Shown here: positions 1 through 5,040 of the stretch, in pieces
Layout: the number at the start of each line of letters is the position of its first letter
How positions within the stretch are numbered: position 1 is the first letter of the stretch
IMG/VR virus record: IMGVR_UViG_3300008807_000180
Coordinates: 1 to 5,656 of that record
Length of the DNA stretch: 5,656 bases
DNA from: a virus
Direction: 5' to 3' (one strand)
Notes under the pieces: model-generated
What the model was told of the DNA's origin: nothing
Database searches by the model: none
Seen by the model: the letters and a program-made list of their open reading frames with translations, nothing else
Position numbers and translations under genes: made by a program

Positions 1-99
1 AGAGCAATTAGAAAGAGACTGGAAATATGGCTTTATATGGAAGGGTTATTTGGTAAACGGAAAGCTGGAAAACTACGTAAACGGTAAGACTGTGAACTA
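1..99. repeat. Left copy of the 99-nt terminal redundancy (circular wrap-around, not a biological repeat)
   Basis: Base-by-base identical to 5558-5656. It lies inside the Rep coding frame. Confidence 0.97.
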
Positions 100-523
100 T
101 ATGGTAAAGTACATAAGCAAAGTGGATAAACTGCACAGGTTTTACAAACCGGTGATATTGTGCAGCAGTGGAATAGGAGGACAATACACGGAAAATAACA
201 AGGTGAACAGGTATGTTCCACGTGGAACAAACGAGACATTTAGAACGGAGACGGGGCATAAAATAGCATTGCCTACATACTATCGAGACAAGTTATACAG
301 TGATGAGGAAAAGGAGAAGCTATGGATTGAGAAGTTGGATAAGGGAGAAAGATATGTATTGGGGTTGAAAGCAGATAGTGATGAGGAATATATAAAAATG
401 CTTAAATTAGCTCAGGATAAAAGCAACAAGTTAGGGTACAAAGGAGACGGCAAACACTGGAGAAGAGAGATATACGAAAATGAAAGACGTGAACTGATGA
501 GGGAGATTAGAGCGAAGAAATAA
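2..523 (+). CDS. VP4: Replication initiator protein (Rep/VP4), C-terminal part; 5' end lies at 5040..5656 across the circular junction
   Basis: The frame is open from the window start: EQLERDWKYGFIWKGYLVNGK...NYMVKYISKVDK...REIRAKK, with stop TAA at 521-523. The two-tyrosine motif YxxKYxxK (Y at 98-100 and 110-112) matches the catalytic motif III of phiX A-type rolling-circle initiators. The ORF-track entry 50..523 is only the part downstream of an internal Met. Confidence 0.93.
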   Translation, partial: EQLERDWKYGFIWKGYLVNGKLENYVNGKTVNYMVKYISKVDKLHRFYKPVILCSSGIGGQYTENNKVNRYVPRGTNETFRTETGHKIALPTYYRDKLYSDEEKEKLWIEKLDKGERYVLGLKADSDEEYIKMLKLAQDKSNKLGYKGDGKHWRREIYENERRELMREIRAKK

Positions 524-527
524 GCGA

Positions 528-650
528 ATGCCTTCGGCGACCCCTTACGCCGGGGGGGCGGGTAATTCAAGGATATTGGATAAACAACAGCGGCGGAGGG
601 CGCCGCAACAGCCAGATAACATTAACCCACAACTAAAGACAAAAACATGA
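528..650 (+). CDS. Speculative 40-aa basic mini-ORF (MPSATPYAGGAGNSRILDKQQRRRAPQQPDNINPQLKTKT); may instead be non-coding structured DNA
   Basis: ATG lies 5 nt after the Rep stop, and its TGA (648-650) overlaps the next ATG (647-649) as ATGA. It has 7 K/R against 2 D and is Pro/Gly/Gln-rich, reminiscent of small basic DNA-packaging proteins (phiX J). Against coding: GC-rich codons (GGG GGG GCG, CGG CGG AGG GCG CCG) are atypical for this genome and coincide with hairpins. It is below the ORF-track length cutoff. Confidence 0.25.
   Translation: MPSATPYAGGAGNSRILDKQQRRRAPQQPDNINPQLKTKT
590..606 (+). other. Perfect GC hairpin GCGGCG-gaggg-CGCCGC in the post-rep spacer; candidate ssDNA replication or priming element
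   Basis: 590-595 GCGGCG is the exact reverse complement of 601-606 CGCCGC, with a 5-nt loop. It sits in a GC-rich island (524-610) that contrasts with the A-rich genome. A GGATA-tt-GGATA direct repeat lies at 571-582 just upstream. Confidence 0.4.
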
Positions 651-733
651 ACAGAAAAAAAGCTGTAAACATTAGCAACGTAACAATTATTACATTAGCT
701 TTGTGGCTAATCATCTTGAAAGGATGTATTTAA
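647..733 (+). CDS. Speculative 28-aa hydrophobic peptide MNRKKAVNISNVTIITLALWLIILKGCI (candidate membrane or lysis peptide)
   Basis: ATG 647-649, TAA 731-733. A basic N-terminus (RKK) is followed by an uncharged hydrophobic run, VTIITLALWLIIL. It is ATGA-coupled to the preceding mini-ORF and fills an otherwise unexplained gap in a very compact genome. It is too short for the ORF track, and no homology is claimable. Confidence 0.3.
   Translation: MNRKKAVNISNVTIITLALWLIILKGCI
696..703 (+). promoter_or_regulatory. Possible Bacteroidota-type -7 promoter element TAGCTTTG (TAnnTTTG)
   Basis: This was the only TAnnTTTG match I found on the + strand. It lies about 50 nt upstream of the ATG at 755. 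No TTTG -33 element is visible at the expected spacing, so this is a half-site only. Confidence 0.15.
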
Positions 734-754
734 TAACAATCAAAAAGTCAAAAC

Positions 755-1045
755 ATGACAAAACAAATGCAGGTAGCGATAACGCTACACGAGAACGTAA
801 GGAAACAAAAAAAGCCTTACTTAATTATCGGTGATGAAAACGACGAGAAGGGCGTCGTGATACTGGAAATCGGTAAAAACACTTACGACAAACTCGAAAA
901 ACTTATGACAGATGGCGAAGCAGAAACACCAAGTAACAGTGGTGAAGCTCCCGATGATGGAGAAGTGGCTAACAAGCTGGGTAACGAAAGTGATATGGTT
1001 GGAAAAAGAGACAGGAGAAGTAATAAAGAAGGAGGAAAGAAATGA
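755..1045 (+). CDS. Hypothetical protein, 96 aa (acidic centre, basic tail KRDRRSNKEGGKK)
   Basis: Complete ORF in the same orientation as all phage genes. Its stop TGA (1043-1045) overlaps the next ATG (1042-1044). Codon style matches the capsid gene (A-ending codons, ATA Ile). I recognise no family. Confidence 0.6.
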   Translation: MTKQMQVAITLHENVRKQKKPYLIIGDENDEKGVVILEIGKNTYDKLEKLMTDGEAETPSNSGEAPDDGEVANKLGNESDMVGKRDRRSNKEGGKK

Positions 1046-1410
1046 GTACACAATCACAGGACGGGTTAAATACGTCGCAAAATCAAAGTACGGGAGCGGA
1101 GGAGAGATCGAATACCACTACGAATGTGAACGAAAGAGGCAAACGAAACTCTTTGTGGGATGAAATACCGATAGAAAACAGCCCATTCAAGATCATAGGT
1201 AACGAGGAAAAAGGATGGTGTGCAGTATTGGGAAGGCACAGACTAAGCGAAACGAAAGCAACGGCAGAGCAGGTAAAAGACTGGATGGAGGAAAACGTGT
1301 GGACGGTAATATTCAACGTGGTGGCAACGATGATACAAATAAACGAGGACAGCAAAGAAAGTGAGAGGAAAGCGAGACAAAGTGAAATGAATGAACATCT
1401 TAACCTTTAA
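1042..1410 (+). CDS. Hypothetical protein, 122 aa (S/T/N/Q-rich disordered N-terminus, structured C-terminal half)
   Basis: ATGA overlap with the upstream ORF. AAGGAGGA at 1029-1036 places GGAGG 6 nt before the ATG. The ORF is followed by a hairpin terminator. The segment SPFKIIGNEEKGWCAVLGRHRLSE...WTVIFNVVATMIQ looks like a folded domain, but no function can be assigned. Confidence 0.7.
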   Translation: MSTQSQDGLNTSQNQSTGAEERSNTTTNVNERGKRNSLWDEIPIENSPFKIIGNEEKGWCAVLGRHRLSETKATAEQVKDWMEENVWTVIFNVVATMIQINEDSKESERKARQSEMNEHLNL

Positions 1411-1438
1411 GCCGTTTTTAATCCGAATGAAAACACAA

Positions 1439-1472
1439 AACCCGCTACATTTAGCGGGTTATTTTATTTATT
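1439..1472 (+). terminator. Intrinsic-terminator-like hairpin after the 755-1410 gene pair
   Basis: AACCCGCTA (1439-1447) pairs with TAGCGGGTT (1452-1460). This is a perfect 9-bp stem with loop CATT, followed by the T-rich tail ATTTTATTTATT (1461-1472). Confidence 0.65.
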
Positions 1473-1493
1473 AACAAAAAAAAGACAAAAGAA

Positions 1494-3461
1494 ATGAAAG
1501 TAACATTAGGAGGCGACCGCCTCGGTTCTGGAAAAAAACAGAAAGTAGAAATGCATGGGTTTGAGAGGTCAACCCATAATCTAAGCATGGCATGGCGAAG
1601 TACAATGGCAGTAGGGACATTAGTACCGTTCATGAATGAAGTGGCATTACCGGGTGATACATGGGATATAAATTTAGACGCTTATGTGAACACGCATCCG
1701 ACTTTAGGTCCACTGTTTGGAAGCATGAAAGTACAGTTAGACGTGTTCATTACACCTATGAGACTGTATAACGCATGGCTACATAACAATAGGCTTAAAG
1801 TAGGTATGAGCATGGCAGACATTAAGCTACCTAAGATAATATTGCCAGCAAAGGATATGCCGACACAGTACGATGATACGATAGACCTCGACAACTGGCA
1901 AGTGAACCCAAGTTGCATACTAAAGTATTTGGGAATAGGTGGTATAGGAAACAATGATGGTTATCTGGTAAACAGACAGTTCAATGCAACGGGATTGGTG
2001 AATTATTGGGATATATACAAAAACTACTATGCAAACAAGCAGGAGGAAGTAGGTGTAGTAATACATACACCGTACCAACAGATAATAGCAACGGTAGACT
2101 TTGTGAGGAGATTTTCAGCGGGAGTGTTGACGGTAGTGCCTCAGTTCCCAAGTGCAGGAAGTGTTACGTTTATATTGGGTGACCAAATAAGGATATACTA
2201 CGACGACGCAAATACGGCACCAGACCCAACACAGGTAAATATAACAGACAGCACAGGCGAAACGAAAACGGCACAAGATTGGAGCGTAGGTGTATGGACG
2301 ACGGTTAATGCAGGGGCTAATAGCTACTTATGGAGCGCGTTTAGACAAACGATGTGGGGTAACAGAACGTTTACGCAGTGGGATTACATACCAGACGGGT
2401 ACACAGGCGAGCCGGGGTTAGAAACGTTTCCGTTGGAAAACATAGACACAATGAGAGACCTAATATTGAACGGTGGAAACGGAAGTGTTCAGATAACAGA
2501 TACAAGCATCGAGCCATACGGGTTTCTATGTCAGAATAGCAACGGCGTGAATAACATGGAGGTTACAATGGAGGGGTTAGGTATTAAAACGTACCAAAGC
2601 GACATATTCAATAACTGGATAAACACGGCATGGATAGATGGTGTAGGAGGAATAACAGACCTTACAAGCATAGACACGAGCGGTGGCAGCTTCTCATTAG
2701 ATACACTGAACCTAAGCAGAAAAATATATGACCTATTAAACAGGGTGGCAGTTGCAGGAGGTTCTTACGGTGATTGGGTGATGGCAGCATACGACCATGA
2801 GAGTTACCTAAGGACAGAAACGCCGATGTATATGGGTGGGTTAGCGAAAGAAATAGTGTTTCAGGAGGTGATCAGCAACGCAGGTACGTCAGACCAGCCT
2901 TTAGGAACGCTGGGTGGTAGAGGTACATTGTCTAATAAACACAAAGGCGGTAATATATACATAAAAGTAAATGAGCCGTCGTATATTATGGGCATAGTTA
3001 GCATAACGCCGAGAATAGATTACTCACAGGGCAACAGATGGGACGTACATTTAGATAACATAGACGAACTGCATAAGCCAAGTTTAGATGAAATAGGCTT
3101 TCAGGAGACAAGCACAGAGCAGATTTGTTGGTGGGACACTAAGTGGGATGGATTGACAACATGGCAACAGAACAGCATGGGTAAGCAGCCAGCTTGGATA
3201 AACTATATGACGAACTATAACCGGACGTATGGAAACTTTGCAAAAAGGGAAAACGAAATGTTTATGACGTTGAATCGGAGATACGAAGCAAAGCAAAACA
3301 CAGGATGGGCTATAAAAGACCTCACGACGTACATAGACCCAAGTAAGTACAATTTCATATTCGCAGAGACATCATTAGATGCACAAAACTTTTGGGTGCA
3401 GATAGGCGTAGATATGGAGGTAAGACGGAAAATGAGCGCGAAGATTATGCCGATGTTATAA
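1494..3461 (+). CDS. VP1: Major capsid protein VP1 (phiX F-protein family jelly-roll), 655 aa
   Basis: It is the largest ORF. Its N-terminal motif string is LGGDRLGSG...FERSTHNLS...GTLVPF...LPGDTW...GPLFGS...QLDVFITPMRLY. Later motifs are YWDIYKNYYAN, LGTLGGRG and PSYIMGIVSITPRIDYSQG. These are the conserved blocks I recognise from non-phiX Microviridae VP1. Confidence 0.97.
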   Translation: MKVTLGGDRLGSGKKQKVEMHGFERSTHNLSMAWRSTMAVGTLVPFMNEVALPGDTWDINLDAYVNTHPTLGPLFGSMKVQLDVFITPMRLYNAWLHNNRLKVGMSMADIKLPKIILPAKDMPTQYDDTIDLDNWQVNPSCILKYLGIGGIGNNDGYLVNRQFNATGLVNYWDIYKNYYANKQEEVGVVIHTPYQQIIATVDFVRRFSAGVLTVVPQFPSAGSVTFILGDQIRIYYDDANTAPDPTQVNITDSTGETKTAQDWSVGVWTTVNAGANSYLWSAFRQTMWGNRTFTQWDYIPDGYTGEPGLETFPLENIDTMRDLILNGGNGSVQITDTSIEPYGFLCQNSNGVNNMEVTMEGLGIKTYQSDIFNNWINTAWIDGVGGITDLTSIDTSGGSFSLDTLNLSRKIYDLLNRVAVAGGSYGDWVMAAYDHESYLRTETPMYMGGLAKEIVFQEVISNAGTSDQPLGTLGGRGTLSNKHKGGNIYIKVNEPSYIMGIVSITPRIDYSQGNRWDVHLDNIDELHKPSLDEIGFQETSTEQICWWDTKWDGLTTWQQNSMGKQPAWINYMTNYNRTYGNFAKRENEMFMTLNRRYEAKQNTGWAIKDLTTYIDPSKYNFIFAETSLDAQNFWVQIGVDMEVRRKMSAKIMPML

Positions 3462-3500
3462 AAAAGGTGGTAGTGTATTTTACCAGGAAAAAGAAACCTT

Positions 3501-3540
3501 TATAACCCTCTAATACACAGGGGGTTATATTAAATATTTT
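3501..3540 (+). terminator. Hairpin plus A/T-rich tail after VP1 (possible terminator or attenuator)
   Basis: TATAACCCTC (3501-3510) pairs with GGGGGTTATA (3520-3529). The stem is 10 bp including one G.T pair, with a 9-nt loop TAATACACA, followed by TTAAATATTTT. Confidence 0.5.
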
Positions 3541-3554
3541 AAAAAGTAATTAAA

Positions 3555-3896
3555 ATGTACAAGAAATTCAGAGCGAAAGCAAGCAGAACGGGATTAGATA
3601 TAAACAATAGTTATCCGGGTGAAAGAATTGAAGATAAGGTGGCGAGGATAGTTAACAATAAGGAGCCGATCAAGGATGGGGCACCATTAATTTACCACGA
3701 AAGAAAGGATGGATTAGACCCTAAATGCGATATAAGGACAGACAGATTCGATGTGGCAATGGAGGTACAGGACAAATACGCAAGACACAAATGGGCTAAA
3801 AGAGCTGATTTAAAACCTATTGAAGGTGGAAAGGGTGAAACCCCTACGCAACAAACGACTGATGCAAATAGCAACACTTCTGGTGAAGCTAAGTAG
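3555..3896 (+). CDS. Small conserved-looking protein, 113 aa; positional candidate for internal scaffolding (VP3-like) protein, function unproven
   Basis: Complete ORF between VP1 and VP2 on the phage strand. The core NNKEPIKDGAPLIYHERKDGLDPKCDIRTDRFDVAMEVQDKYARHKWAKR resembles a motif (IYxERKDG...DIRTDRF) that I recall from small ORFs of gut microviruses. The C-terminus is disordered and T/S/Q-rich. Confidence 0.7.
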   Translation: MYKKFRAKASRTGLDINNSYPGERIEDKVARIVNNKEPIKDGAPLIYHERKDGLDPKCDIRTDRFDVAMEVQDKYARHKWAKRADLKPIEGGKGETPTQQTTDANSNTSGEAK

Positions 3897-3934
3897 CGGT
3901 ACGCATGTAGCATATATTATCAAGTAGTACGAAA

Positions 3935-3951
3935 CGCTTTTGAGAAAAGCG
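3935..3951 (+). other. Short hairpin CGCTTTT-gag-AAAAGCG in the spacer before VP2
   Basis: Perfect 7-bp stem with a 3-nt loop. No T-tract follows on the + strand, so terminator function is doubtful. Confidence 0.3.
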
Positions 3952-3987
3952 CGAAAACAAGATTAAAAAATTATTAAAATTTAAATT

Positions 3988-5040
3988 ATGCCAATTGGAG
4001 CATTAGCAGGAGCAGGTATAGCACTTGGAAGTGCTGTATTACAAGGTGGAGCACAATATGCGATGCAAGCGGGTATGGCGAAAGGAAACAGTAAGAGGGC
4101 ACTAAGACAGCAGGAAAAGTACACAGCAATGAGCCTGCAAGCAAATAAGGATATGGCGGATTATAATCAACAACTGGCGTTCGAGAACGCAAAGGAAGGT
4201 TACGCATATCAGGTACAAGGGCTTAAAAAGGCAGGGTTAAACACTGCATTATTGTATGGCCAAAGCGGCAGTGGAGGGGTAACAAGTCAGGGCGGAAGCG
4301 CACCGTCAGGGGGAAGTGAACATGGCGAAACTTATGTGGAAGCTCCTAACATAGGGATGGGACTGCAAGCGGGTATGGGATTAGCGATGATGAAAGCGCA
4401 GATTGAGAACTTGAATGCAGATACTAAGAAGAAAGAAGCCGACGCGAACAAGACAGCAGGAGTAGATACAGAACTGGCCAGAGCACAGACACAAAATTAC
4501 GCAGCGACGACAGAGAACACGGAAGCGCAGACAAAGTTAACCTCGATACAAAACAGCATAGCGGAAGTGCAGAAGAAGATAGTAACGGACAGTGCGGAAA
4601 ATGCGATACAGCAGGTTAATATGACACTGCAGAAGACTGTGCAGGAGGTTGAAAAGATGGTTAGGGACAATTGGATATTAGACGAAACGAAGAGAACGGT
4701 AATTGCGCAGGTAAAGCAGGACTTGGTACTGTCGAGGGTAGAAACAGCATTGAAGCAATCACAGAGAAAGTTAACCGACGAGCAAATACAAAAGGTGGTT
4801 CAAGAAACAAAACTATTGTCGAAGGAAATGAGTTGGTTTGACATTAATGCCGAGGAGGCTATAATGTACTTGCATAGCAAGGAAAGGGAAATAGATAATA
4901 GCATAAACATGAATGATACACCGGAAAGTACGAAGTTGGTTACGGGTGTGGCTGAGAAAGTAGTAAACCTATTAACTCTAAAAGGGCTATTAGGGACGGA
5001 AGGACGAACTACAATAGAAGGCTTTAAAAAGAGATACTAA
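3988..5040 (+). CDS. VP2: Minor capsid / DNA pilot protein VP2 (phiX H-like role), 350 aa
   Basis: The N-terminus is Gly/Ala-rich and hydrophobic (MPIGALAGAGIALGSAVLQGG). The motif QVQGLKKAGLNTALLYG resembles the AGLNP.L.Y block typical of microvirus VP2. A Gly/Ser linker (GQSGSGGVTSQGGSAPSGGS) is followed by a long Q/E/K-rich helical, coiled-coil-like region. The position directly upstream of rep fits. Confidence 0.9.
   Translation: MPIGALAGAGIALGSAVLQGGAQYAMQAGMAKGNSKRALRQQEKYTAMSLQANKDMADYNQQLAFENAKEGYAYQVQGLKKAGLNTALLYGQSGSGGVTSQGGSAPSGGSEHGETYVEAPNIGMGLQAGMGLAMMKAQIENLNADTKKKEADANKTAGVDTELARAQTQNYAATTENTEAQTKLTSIQNSIAEVQKKIVTDSAENAIQQVNMTLQKTVQEVEKMVRDNWILDETKRTVIAQVKQDLVLSRVETALKQSQRKLTDEQIQKVVQETKLLSKEMSWFDINAEEAIMYLHSKEREIDNSINMNDTPESTKLVTGVAEKVVNLLTLKGLLGTEGRTTIEGFKKRY

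Noticed and set aside
1-99. Terminal 99-nt direct repeats as att sites, LTRs or transposon ends
   Set aside because: The repeat lies inside a continuous coding frame (rep). Outside the repeats there is no non-phage sequence, no integrase or transposase is present, and the repeats are direct and exactly terminal. This is the pattern of a circular contig overlap.
153-159. TGATATT inside rep, identical to 7 nt spanning the phiX174 origin nick site (CAACTTG/ATATTAATAAC); GATATT also occurs at 572-577
   Set aside because: A 7-mer is expected by chance with appreciable probability in 5.5 kb. The flanking bases do not match the 30-nt phiX origin, and this Rep is distant from phiX A. It is noted only as something to test if nicking assays are done.
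50-523. 157-aa ORF as a stand-alone gene starting at ATG 50
   Set aside because: The frame is open upstream to the window edge and continues the Rep frame from 5040..5656 across the circular junction. ATG 50 is an internal methionine.
552-600. G-runs (GGGGGGG, GGG, GAGGG) as a possible G-quadruplex
   Set aside because: A fourth G-tract is about 35 nt away from the first three, and the short GG at 571-572 is insufficient, so this is not a canonical G4 arrangement. Hairpin pairing with the adjacent C-runs explains the G-runs better.
912-1163. 83-aa + strand ORF overlapping the 755..1045 and 1042..1410 genes in a third frame
   Set aside because: It spans the junction of two better-supported coupled genes, has no start context, and its K/E/G/V-rich product is what the purine-rich composition yields off-frame. 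There is no independent support.
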